Source of the DNA: Akkermansia muciniphila | GTDB taxonomy: Bacteria; Verrucomicrobiota; Verrucomicrobiia; Verrucomicrobiales; Akkermansiaceae | Assembly: GCA_945874895.1 (NCBI GenBank) | Contig: CAMCIC010000012.1 | Span: 4,885 to 68,884, forward strand | DNA length: 64,000 nucleotides | Reading direction: 5' to 3' | Part shown: piece by piece, positions 30,438-39,700 of the stretch | Position numbering within the stretch: the stretch's first letter is position 1 | Layout: each line of letters begins with the position of its first letter | Made by a program: the position numbers and the translations under genes | Notes under the pieces: model-generated | The model's database searches: none | What the model saw: only the letters and a program-made list of their open reading frames with translations | What the model was told of the DNA's origin: nothing

Positions 30438-30971
30438 TTACAGCAATTTTTTCCGCTGCAGATCGAAGCGGTTGATCGCATGCGACTGTGCGATCATCTC
30501 CAGAGAAAATTTTACGAGAGCGATTTCCCAATGATCGTCCACCCCTTCCAGAATCGCCAGCATCGGGTTGCCCGTGCGACGAACATCCTCGAGCAAGCGG
30601 TCACAGACTGCGTCCATGGGCTCGTGGACGATCTCTTCGGTGACGTTTGAGCGGCGGAAACGGAAGCCATACTGAAGAAATGCGAGGTCCAGTCCTTGTT
30701 GCCGCAGATTTTCCAGCAGCGGGCCCAGGTGCTCACGTGATTCATCGTCAAATCCCTCCCACTCCATTTCGGGAACCGGTCGGATCAACATCGGCTTGCA
30801 AGCTTCCATTTCTCCACTGCGTATGCGCACTTCTCCCGCGCGGTCGAGGAGCTCGCTGACCAGTTGGAATTGAAAACGTGTTTCACCGAACGTGGCAATG
30901 CGCCGATCAGGTTCATGCAAAACCCGACTCGTTTCCATGGCGTAGAGAAAATGATCGCGAGAGAGATTCAT
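30438..30971 (-). CDS. hypothetical protein
   Basis: ORF 30438-31007 with the first ATG at 30971 (MNLSRDHFLY...). It looks soluble and acidic and has no motifs I recognise. It sits 10 nt upstream of the LysM gene. Confidence 0.55.
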   Translation of the reverse strand: MNLSRDHFLYAMETSRVLHEPDRRIATFGETRFQFQLVSELLDRAGEVRIRSGEMEACKPMLIRPVPEMEWEGFDDESREHLGPLLENLRQQGLDLAFLQYGFRFRRSNVTEEIVHEPMDAVCDRLLEDVRRTGNPMLAILEGVDDHWEIALVKFSLEMIAQSHAINRFDLQRKKLL

Positions 30972-31025
30972 GTTCGGGAAGATTCGCCGCAAATCGGCAA
31001 AAAGCAAAAATCGGGGTTCAGCCGA

Positions 31026-31064
31026 TCAAAAAGGAACAGGGCGGTTTTGTGAAAAACCGCCCCG
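31026..31064 (-). terminator. intrinsic terminator after acpP
   Basis: On the minus strand, GGGGCGGTTTTT-CACA-AAACCGCCCT is followed by GTTCCTTTTT. It lies about 55 nt downstream of the acpP stop. Confidence 0.7.
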
Positions 31065-31117
31065 CAACGAAGCCTAGCGACTGCCGCCTTGGAGCTGCGC
31101 AGTCGCGTGAGCGGAAA

Positions 31118-31357
31118 TTATGCGTTCGACTCGATGTAGCTCACCACATCACCTACGGAGAGCAGCTTTTCTGCAGCCTCATCGGGCACTTCGATGCCGA
31201 ACTCTTCTTCAAATGCCATCACGAGCTCAACGGTATCGAGAGAATCGGCACCGAGGTCGTCGATGAATTTGGCGTTAGTGGTCACAAGCTCAGCGCTCAC
31301 GCCGAGTTGCTCCACAATGATATCTTTTACACGATCTTCGGTACTCTTGTCTGACAT
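31118..31357 (-). CDS. acpP: acyl carrier protein
   Basis: Trimmed to the ATG at 31357, giving 79 aa. [20 protein letters not shown]...[30 protein letters not shown] contains the DSLD phosphopantetheine-attachment motif. Confidence 0.95.
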   Translation of the reverse strand: MSDKSTEDRVKDIIVEQLGVSAELVTTNAKFIDDLGADSLDTVELVMAFEEEFGIEVPDEAAEKLLSVGDVVSYIESNA

Positions 31358-31561
31358 GGTGTGTTGTTTTGGTTGTTGCCGCAGCGAGCCATAGCGGGGA
31401 GCGCCGATCTTGGCAATAGCGAAAATCAAAGAAATTTTGAGTATGGCGCCAAGGCTTGTGGCTATCCTGCGGGGGCACACCAGTTCGGTAAGGAGAATTT
31501 TCGACGAAATCGTCTTCACAATCGGATTGCTAAGTCAATCGATGAGAGTTACACCAAAGGT

Positions 31562-32200
31562 ATGGATTCTTTCTCACCTTATGAGGCGCCCCCTACCCAT
31601 ATGAGCCCTCAACCACCTCCTCATGTTCCTGATTTTTTAGTACTAGAGCCCGGCAGCATCAAGGTGATTGGCATCATGCATCTGGTGATCGCGGCATATG
31701 GCCTGTTTACCACGGTGTTCAGTGTTTTGGGAGCTTTGGTTTTCCAAGGGATGTCCCAGAGAATGCTCGGCGGCTCCCTGCCCGGAGGAGTATCGAGTGG
31801 AGCTCAGGAAACAGCCATGCTTCAATACATGAATGAGCTGAAACCTTTTACGTATATCTCGTGTGCCTTTAGTTTCGGTCTCGCCGTCATGCTCATCATG
31901 GCTGGCATCGGCCTACTCAAGTCACGCGAAAGCGGTAGGGTGTTGTCGATCCGCTATCCGTGGGCTTCGGTGTCTACCAAGGTCATCAATCTGATCTTGG
32001 CATTCGCTTTTATCATACCCGTGACCAAGCGCATGACGGATGCCCTTTATCAGGGCCTGCCCGGAGGAATGGGCAACATGATGGGCTTGGTGGCTCAATA
32101 TTCGCAGGTTTTCACCATTTTGATCAGCTTCACTTATCCCGTAGTCGTGCTCGTTCTGATGAAGGGAGAAAAAGTCCGGCAATACCTAGCAGGGCGCTGA
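31562..32200 (+). CDS. hypothetical membrane protein
   Basis: ORF 31361-32200 trimmed to the ATG at 31562 (MDSFSPYEAPP...). It has a Pro-rich N-terminus and about 4 TM helices. Confidence 0.55.
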   Translation: MDSFSPYEAPPTHMSPQPPPHVPDFLVLEPGSIKVIGIMHLVIAAYGLFTTVFSVLGALVFQGMSQRMLGGSLPGGVSSGAQETAMLQYMNELKPFTYISCAFSFGLAVMLIMAGIGLLKSRESGRVLSIRYPWASVSTKVINLILAFAFIIPVTKRMTDALYQGLPGGMGNMMGLVAQYSQVFTILISFTYPVVVLVLMKGEKVRQYLAGR

Positions 32201-32205
32201 GTCGA

Positions 32206-33279
32206 TCAGCGCGATCGACCGAGTCGTTCCATCGTGTATCGCTGCTGCAGAATCTCCTCCCACCACGGTCCGTGGGTCAGATACCAATCAACGGTGTCGC
32301 GCAATCCTTGTTCCAGCGTGATCTCTGGTTGCCAGCCGAGTTGGTCGCGCAGGCGAGATGAATCGATAGCATAGCGGTGGTCGTGACCAGGTCGGTCCGT
32401 GACCATGCAGATCGCGGTTTCATGAGGCAGGCCATCGGCGCGTGGGCTTTGCTCATCCATGAGTGCGCAGAGCATCCGCAGAAGTTCGCGGTTTCGGGTT
32501 TCTCGACCGCTGCCAATGAGGTAGCGCGCGCCAACCTCGCCCCTTTCGAGAATCTCAAGCAGCGCGCGGCAGTGGTCGTGGACATGCAGCCAATCGCGGA
32601 TTTGCGATCCATCACCGTAGAGTGGAATGGTTTCCCCCCGCAGCATCTTCAGAATGGCCAAGGGAATAAGTTTTTCCGGAAACTGGCGCGGACCGTAATT
32701 GTTCGAGGCATGAGCGATGATACTGGGGAAACCATAGGTGTGGTGCCATGCGCCGACCAAGTGATCTGCCGCAGCCTTGGTCGCGGAATACGGAGAACGC
32801 GGCGCGTAACGGGTGTTTTCGCTGAATGGTGCATCATCAGGGGACAGCGAACCGTAGACCTCATCCGTGGACAGGTGGAGGAAACGGAATCGGCACTTTT
32901 TGTCGTCCGGCAAATGCTGCCAATAGTGCAGTGCCTGCTCTAACAAATGGGCCGTGCCCGTGACATTCGTCCGCACGAAAACCGCAGGTCCATCGATGGA
33001 TCGGTCCACGTGCGATTCGGCCGCTAGGTGGATGATAGCCTGTGGTTGGTGATCCTGTAGCAATTGCCGCACCAGAGCGGCATCGGTGACGCAGCCCCGG
33101 ATGAGCTGGTGTCTCTCATGAGGAAAGCATTCCCCCCAACCTTCCAGATTGCCGGCGTAGGTGAGCGCATCGAGATGGATCACCTGCCAGTCCGTGGATT
33201 TCAACAAACACATGATGAGGTTGGAGCCGATGAAACCCGCTCCTCCTGTGATCAAAACGGTGCGTGCCTGCGCTTTCAT
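32206..33279 (-). CDS. rfbB: dTDP-glucose 4,6-dehydratase
   Basis: 357 aa. Blocks: TGGAGFIGSN, LSTDEVYG, YSATKAAADHL (YxxxK), NNYGPRQFPEKLIP. Confidence 0.92.
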   Translation of the reverse strand: MKAQARTVLITGGAGFIGSNLIMCLLKSTDWQVIHLDALTYAGNLEGWGECFPHERHQLIRGCVTDAALVRQLLQDHQPQAIIHLAAESHVDRSIDGPAVFVRTNVTGTAHLLEQALHYWQHLPDDKKCRFRFLHLSTDEVYGSLSPDDAPFSENTRYAPRSPYSATKAAADHLVGAWHHTYGFPSIIAHASNNYGPRQFPEKLIPLAILKMLRGETIPLYGDGSQIRDWLHVHDHCRALLEILERGEVGARYLIGSGRETRNRELLRMLCALMDEQSPRADGLPHETAICMVTDRPGHDHRYAIDSSRLRDQLGWQPEITLEQGLRDTVDWYLTHGPWWEEILQQRYTMERLGRSR

Positions 33280-33283
33280 GGAA

Positions 33284-34123
33284 TCATTCTACAGATTTCA
33301 TCGCATCAACCATTTCTCGCGAGTGCCTCATTTGCCAATCATTATGCCCGCAATTTTCGCAGAGAGTCAAGGGAAACCGCGGCGGTGCGATGCGATGCAG
33401 TTGGCACGACATCTCGGCAGGGATCACTCCATCCTTTGATCCGTGGAGTAGGTGAATGCGTGCTTGGGGATCGGTGGAAATCCGCTGCAGAGCCTTTCGA
33501 TTGTCGAACCGATGTAGGACTAGAAATCCCACATCGAGACCGATCCATTCGCGGCTCATGTCCATCGTGCTCGTGAAAGGCGCGATCAACACACCGCGGC
33601 GTAGGGAGAATTCTTCAGCAGCCAGGAGTGCCACCGCACAGCCGAGACTGTGCCCAAAAATGCGAGTACTTGAACGCATTTGTGCTTCGTCCCAAGCCAA
33701 CTCGGCAGCGGCAAGAGGCACAAGCTGGCGCAGGGACTCACGGATTTTCTCCGGACTGGCTTTTCCCTCGTTATGGCCGTAACCCGGGTAGTCGATCAGA
33801 AGATAAGCATCTTCCGGTGGTGCCTCGTTTTTCATGAAGGAGGTCCACTCTGTCGCCAAGGTCGCATTGCCGCCGCAGACCAACCACAATCGGCGCGGCG
33901 CTAGTTGGGGGCGTGGGCGAAACAAGTAAGCTTGTTGGCGTCCCTCCGATGTGTGGCAGGAGAGGACTTTGCCACCGGTATGATGGATCCACTGCGCATC
34001 ATGAGTCTGCGGATAGGAACGGGGAACGTAGATCAGTTTGTGCTGGCACGAAACCATGACCAGAACCGGCAAAGCGATCAGCATCAGCGATGCGAGACAG
34101 AAGGGGCGGAGCAAACGGCGCAT
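33284..34123 (-). CDS. alpha/beta-fold hydrolase
   Basis: 279 aa with an N-terminal hydrophobic segment, the nucleophile elbow GHSLGCAVA, and C-terminal HGSKD...GHND catalytic-triad-like residues. Confidence 0.7.
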   Translation of the reverse strand: MRRLLRPFCLASLMLIALPVLVMVSCQHKLIYVPRSYPQTHDAQWIHHTGGKVLSCHTSEGRQQAYLFRPRPQLAPRRLWLVCGGNATLATEWTSFMKNEAPPEDAYLLIDYPGYGHNEGKASPEKIRESLRQLVPLAAAELAWDEAQMRSSTRIFGHSLGCAVALLAAEEFSLRRGVLIAPFTSTMDMSREWIGLDVGFLVLHRFDNRKALQRISTDPQARIHLLHGSKDGVIPAEMSCQLHRIAPPRFPLTLCENCGHNDWQMRHSREMVDAMKSVE

Positions 34124-34235
34124 AAGTCGTAAATACTCTACGTCCCCTATCGCGTAGGCGCGATAAAAAAGCGCAAACCTACGATTCTTTCATTGGCAAG
34201 CGGGCGCGCTTGTCGTATAGAGCGTGAGGAAATTG

Positions 34236-34571
34236 ATGACTGCCAAGAAACAAACGCGAAAGAACGTGAGGCGTCTGAAGGCGCAGACGAGGTTCATTCG
34301 CGCGACCAATGGGTTCCTGATGACCGTCATCTTGCTTGTGCTGGCATTGATTTTCTGCCTTTCTTACCTTCCGCAAAAAAATGCTTACGAGAAAAAACTC
34401 GGGGAGTTGGCGGAGGCTCAGGAGCGAGAGGAGCAAGCCGAAAGCCAACTGGATTACTTGCGGATCAAATTGGAAGCCATCAAGAACGATCCGTCCTACC
34501 TCGAAATCCAAGCCCGAGACCGTCTCCAAGTCTATCGCCCAGGTGAAACCATTTTCCGTATCGAACGATGA
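34236..34571 (+). CDS. septum formation initiator (FtsB/DivIC-like) protein
   Basis: The ORF-track start at 34224 is GTG; the ATG at 34236 is preceded by GAGGA. It has one TM helix, a coiled coil (EKKLGELAEAQEREEQAESQLDYLRIKLEAIKND), and then PSYLEIQARDRL...GE, typical of the family. Confidence 0.75.
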   Translation: MTAKKQTRKNVRRLKAQTRFIRATNGFLMTVILLVLALIFCLSYLPQKNAYEKKLGELAEAQEREEQAESQLDYLRIKLEAIKNDPSYLEIQARDRLQVYRPGETIFRIER

Positions 34572-35113
34572 TGGGCGATGAACTTGGTCGCGCGGCCGAT
34601 GTGGATCGCGTATTGATCGATGAAAAAATCATTGAAAAACGCTTGGATGCGATGGCGGCTGAGATTGACCGTGAATTTCCCGCCGGATCCATCGTCGCCA
34701 TTGTGCTGCTCAAGGGCGCGTTTGTTTTTGCCGCGGATTTGCTACGCCGCATCCCTAGGCCGCTGGAAATCGAATGCCTGAACGTATCGAGCTATCATGG
34801 TGGCACCGAGAGCAGCGGCGTGGTGAAATTTCTCGATCACAGCCTGCCCGATGTCCAAGATCGCCACGTGTTGTTGCTGGATGACATCCTCGATACAGGT
34901 CGCACGCTGAAGGCCGTGAGGGATCGCCTGCTGCTGGAGGGATGTGCTGCCGTTCACACGGGTGTGCTGTTAGCCAAAGACCGGCCGCGAGAGGAAGAGG
35001 TGCAGGCAGATTACGTAGGCTTTGAAATCGGCGATGAATTTGTCGTCGGCTACGGACTCGACTACAAAGGTCGCTATCGCAACCTTCCTTTCGTCGGCGT
35101 GCTCAAGCCTTGA
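34568..35113 (+). CDS. hpt: hypoxanthine phosphoribosyltransferase
   Basis: 181 aa with the PRPP-binding motif VLLLDDILDTGRTL and C-terminal FVVGYGLDY. It shares a 4-nt ATGA overlap with the upstream gene. Confidence 0.92.
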   Translation: MMGDELGRAADVDRVLIDEKIIEKRLDAMAAEIDREFPAGSIVAIVLLKGAFVFAADLLRRIPRPLEIECLNVSSYHGGTESSGVVKFLDHSLPDVQDRHVLLLDDILDTGRTLKAVRDRLLLEGCAAVHTGVLLAKDRPREEEVQADYVGFEIGDEFVVGYGLDYKGRYRNLPFVGVLKP

Positions 35114-35125
35114 GCGCCGCTCGGA

Positions 35126-35797
35126 TCACTCGTAGCTGGGAGTTTTGTGATGTCTGAAATAGCCGTCACCCACATACATTTGAGGTGCATAGTCGGGCAA
35201 AGGTCCTGCATCCGGTGGGCGCGGAATGTTTTTTCCTATCGTCGCATCCTCGGGCTGAGTGGCTGCGATGTTTACGGGAGTCCCGACCTGCACGAGACGG
35301 AAAAATTTCGGAGAAAGATTTTCGTGCATGCGGATGCAACCATGGCTGGAGGGATAGGGTTTCACCCACCCCGTGTGGATGCCATAGTTGGGCTTGAATT
35401 CACACCAATACGGCATAGGCGTCCCTTTGAAAAGCCACCCAGCGGGGCGACTTCCAATCATGGTTTGCTTGTAATGATTGCCCTTGTAGGCCCAACCGTG
35501 ACTGTTGGCGCGCTTGAATGGGCTCTTGAGGAAAATTTTGAAATTTCCCTGAGGAGTGGAGGCAGAGGAGGTCCCCACGGTGCAGGGAGCGATCAGCAAC
35601 GGTTTTGACCCCTCGAAAACGTAGACCATCTGGTGACGGAGAGAAATTTTGACACGCACAGCTCCGGGATGGCTCGGCAGGCTGGCGGGACGATCGTAGG
35701 CTTGGTAGCTACGCAACTGAGAAACGCCTGTCGAACAGGAGGAAATGGCACAGGCAAAAAGCAGGGCGCTGGCGAGCAGGACAAAAGGATGTTTCAT
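35126..35797 (-). CDS. L,D-transpeptidase (YkuD domain) lipoprotein
   Basis: Trimmed to the ATG at 35797 (MKHPFVLLASALLFACAISSCS, lipobox). Catalytic motif: HTGWVKPYPSSHGCIRMHE. Confidence 0.85.
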   Translation of the reverse strand: MKHPFVLLASALLFACAISSCSTGVSQLRSYQAYDRPASLPSHPGAVRVKISLRHQMVYVFEGSKPLLIAPCTVGTSSASTPQGNFKIFLKSPFKRANSHGWAYKGNHYKQTMIGSRPAGWLFKGTPMPYWCEFKPNYGIHTGWVKPYPSSHGCIRMHENLSPKFFRLVQVGTPVNIAATQPEDATIGKNIPRPPDAGPLPDYAPQMYVGDGYFRHHKTPSYE

Positions 35798-35808
35798 AGA
35801 CGATGATC

Positions 35809-36273
35809 TTACGGCGATGAGTCTTGCATTTTTTCCCAAGAGTCGACTTTTTCGTTTTTGAACACGATGGTTCCACGGTGGTAGGGGATGTAGGCAATAT
35901 CGGGACCAAAGAAAGGATCAGCCCAGCCGTAGGCACCCCACCCCCAAGCACTCCTTCCACGTATACTCCCCCATCCCGGGGCATAGGCAGCTTGGTGGGT
36001 GAAAACGGGTTGAGATCCGAAATAGTCCCAACGCTGGGTGCTGATTCCGTCACTTACTCCAGCGTAGCGTCGCGATGGTGGACCCCAGGCAAGCAATACG
36101 GCCTGCGGTGGCATGCCACGGCTGATTTCCCCTTGGCGTATCTGCTGCTGTTGATCCCGTGGCAGAGCGAGGAAAGCGGCGGGATTCTGGGCAATGCGCT
36201 GTTGTGGTGTAGCTGGCATGCAGGAGGGCATAACGCTCGCTAGCACGATGCTGAGTAAGGCAATCGCTTTCAT
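35809..36273 (-). CDS. hypothetical lipoprotein
   Basis: Trimmed to the ATG at 36273 (MKAIALLSIVLASVMPSC, lipobox-like). Trp/Gly-rich, with no recognised family. Confidence 0.55.
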   Translation of the reverse strand: MKAIALLSIVLASVMPSCMPATPQQRIAQNPAAFLALPRDQQQQIRQGEISRGMPPQAVLLAWGPPSRRYAGVSDGISTQRWDYFGSQPVFTHQAAYAPGWGSIRGRSAWGWGAYGWADPFFGPDIAYIPYHRGTIVFKNEKVDSWEKMQDSSP

Positions 36274-36328
36274 TGCTCTACCATAGCATGGGACTCGTAT
36301 CTTGGCAAACAAACGAACCACGGACTAG

Positions 36329-36493
36329 AGCGCCGTTGTTGTGACCACAATTTACAAATCCTTCATCGCTGAGGATGCGATTGAATTCGCTCTTGCCGGA
36401 TTCGACGGATTCTACCCGATGGGTCGGATCGGTCGTCAGGCGGACGTTGCGGCTGCGGTGAACTCCCTCTCCATGATCTCACTGGCTGGATGA
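36329..36493 (+). pseudogene. relic of a short-chain dehydrogenase/reductase C-terminus
   Basis: A start-less open frame translates to ...VTTIYKSFIAEDAIEFALAGFDGFYPMGRIGRQADVAAAVNSLSMISLAG*. The P-x-GR-x-G-x-x-x-(D/E)VA-x-AV block is the typical SDR C-terminal region. The Rossmann and catalytic parts are absent. Confidence 0.45.
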
Positions 36494-36773
36494 CAGGCGC
36501 TATATGGGGTATGGACGGCAGCGTAATAGCGGGCCGCCATTGATTTTCCCTAAGCCCTCTGCATTTACGAGCCCATGATGCGATCGCTAAATCCTCTTGC
36601 CCGCGCCAGCATTTTCTGCTAATCCCATGCGATGGCATGGAATAGTCAAAATATTCGCTTGGGTTTTGGGGATCCAGCTTCCAACGGCATCTGCCGCGGG
36701 GCGATCAAAGGTCACTATCATTGATACGCCATCTGCTCTGTCATCCGCGCCTTGCCCAAAGATTTCTGACCGT

Positions 36774-39700
36774 ATGAAAACCCATTCGCTTCTTGGTGCA
36801 GCGCTCGCCGCTGTTGCCCTGACCATCCTTCCAGCCGAAGCTGCCAGCGTGACCGCCAGCGCTGCAGCTCCCGTCATCGACGGCGAGGACATCGCCAATC
36901 TCGGCACTCAGATCGCCACCGACAAATGGTGGCCAGAGAACTCCGCCACTGGGGCCGCCAAGGGCCAAACGTTCCGCACACGCAACGAGGCGCTCCGGTT
37001 CAAGGCCGTGACCTACCGGATCACACAGAGCACGCTCGGCACCAAGGTTTACACCATCCGCATTGGCAAGATTTCCGGCAACACGTTCACACCGGTCTAT
37101 ACCGAAACCGCCACCCAGACTGCTGCCTGGGCCGCCAATAATTACATCACCTGGCGGCTTGACACTCCTTTGATTCTGCAGCCGAACACGTTTTATGGCG
37201 TCGACGTGGCGCTAAAGAGCTCTACCACTCCCTGGCAGGATGGCATTCCGTATCTTTCCATGACGGCGGACGAGTTTTCCGATGGGGTGAGCTATGGTTC
37301 CGGCACCAACGGTGTGGGAAATACCACGATCACCGCCGGCGATGACGATCGCCGGTTTCATCTCGACATAGAGAAGCCCATCGGCGGTTGGTCGCTCGTC
37401 GCCACGCACCCGGCGGACAATGCCACCAATGTTTACGCATCGAATCCGCTGTTGGCCACTTTCAGTCAGAACATCGTGCGCGGTACAGGCAACATCACCC
37501 TCAAAAATCTCACGGACAACACCAGCATCGTCATTCCTATCACCGACCCGCGCGTCGTGATTTCCGAGAACCTGCTCACGGTCAATCCCGGCAGCAGTTT
37601 TATCGCGAGCAAAGCCTGGGCCGTGCGCATCGACCCCACCGCCATCACCAGTGTTCTTGGCGATACTTATCCCGGCATCGCCAACGACACCACTTGGAAC
37701 TTCAACACCGGAGTGGGTGACCCGCTGTTTCTCGCGCTCGTAGCGCTCAAGAACCACATCACCGGAGCCACACCGCTCACCGCCGCGCAAATCTCTACAC
37801 ACAAGACGACCATCGATCAGCAAAAAAACCGTCTTGCCGACAGCGCCACACTCATCACTGCATCGTTCGACCTGGTGAGGGCCTACGACGCATCCACCGG
37901 AAACCGCTGGTATGTCAACGGCCTGCCTGCCCGTGCTTCCGTCACTAACGATATCCACTGGACGCTTTGGAACGTGCAGCAATACATCATGGACGTGGTA
38001 TACAACGATACCACGCTAGCAACCCATGAGAGCGTGCTGAACGGTTTCAAGTTTGGCAGCGCGTCAAGCTTCCCTGGCGCATGCAACCCGCCGGCGAATC
38101 CGGCAGACACCACGCGCACCGTGACCATCAAGGCCAGCTACGCGAATACCGTGGGCTGGACGACGCAGGGGGACGGCAGCGGCACGTTCGCTCGCAAACC
38201 GACGGGCTGCTACCTCGCGCCCGGTTCGATTGCCACCGTCACCGTACCGGCTGCGCTGGTGGGTAAGGGTTTCAAGATCCGAGTCGGAGCGCACTCATGG
38301 GACTTTTCCAACAAACCCTCGATCAAGCGACTGGATCGTTGCACGGTCCTTTACTCGATCAATGCGGTGGAAACCAAAGTCGCCTGCCCGCATGGCGGCG
38401 GCATCTACATCGAGGTGCCATGGCTCGCCAACCAGGGCAACGTGAACGTATCCGTGCGCAACGCCGTCCGCTCGCCCTACTTTTCCGCGAAAAGTTTTCA
38501 CCAGACGACGTCGACCGAATGGCTGGCCGAACGCACCAACCCAGGGCCGTGGGCGGATTTCCAGTCGGACAAATTCATGATGCAGGTGCCGAGGAGTTGG
38601 ATCTACGCGATGCCTGATCCGACCCAGGTGATGAAGGATTGGGACGCCGCGATGGATGCCTTCAATGACCTGCTCGGCTTTCCGCAGATTCGTGGCAAGG
38701 AATCCTTCTACCTTCAGGCTGATGTGCTGATTCGTGCGTCCGTTTTCGCACCCGGCTATCCGGCTGTGAACGTCGGAGGCTTCAGTGCCACGGCCAATTA
38801 CAACAACGGCTATCATACCCATTACTTAATCCGGGGTCCGCAGTATGGCACCGATGACGCGCAGGTGGAGTTTCACGAGCAGGGTCACGGCTACTTTTTT
38901 GACAAGTTTCCCGGTGAGACCGAGTCCAACGTAAACCTGCCATTTGTGCCCGTCCTGCACAGGAAATTTGGAGTCAATCTGGACACTGCCTTCCGAGCGT
39001 CGCTGGGCGAGGGCAATACCTATCGTACGCTGGAGACGACTGCGATGGCGTGGATGACCGTGTTCAATTTCTCACCGAACAAAGTGGAGATGGCTGATGG
39101 AGAAAAGGCCTACCAGCTCAAGGGCCACGCCAAGTTCGTGGACATCGCTCGCATCTACGGCTGGGGCGTTCTCGGCAACTACTGGAAGTCTTTCGTCACC
39201 GATTCCGAGAATGGCGTCAATTACGCGACAGACACAGATAGCCTCCTGTTGCGCTTGTCCAAAAACGTGGGCGCGGATATCCGGCCGCTCTTCCACTTCT
39301 GGGGCATTTACCCGCAGAACGCCACCACCTTGCGCACCGCCATCAACAATGCCGGGCTCGTCGCGCCTGTGGAAATCTACGACCGACTCGTGCGTTACAA
39401 ATCCCTCGCACCGGCCAACAATACCGCCTTCAAGGATTTCGCCACCAAGTGGTGGAACGGGCAACCTAGCTCCACCGGTTTCTGGGAGGAGCGTGAGCAC
39501 GCCAGCCGGTGGACCACCTATAACGAAAATTCCGCCCTCGCCATCACCAATCGGGTGCAGGAGCTCCTCGACCTCTACTACCCGAACGGCCGCCCCACCA
39601 CCATCACCGGTCCCGTTGTCCGAAGTTTTAGTCCCGCCGACAATTCCACGAGCGTCGCTCTGGACGCTAACCTGGTGGTGACCTTCGACAAGGCCGTCGT

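Noticed and set aside
36597-36773. TTG-initiated 59-codon extension of the giant ORF, and the minus-strand ORFs at 36363-36638 and 36587-36907.
   Set aside because: The ATG at 36774 yields a canonical signal peptide, whereas the extension has none. The minus-strand ORFs overlap the SDR relic and promoter region and have no recognisable features.
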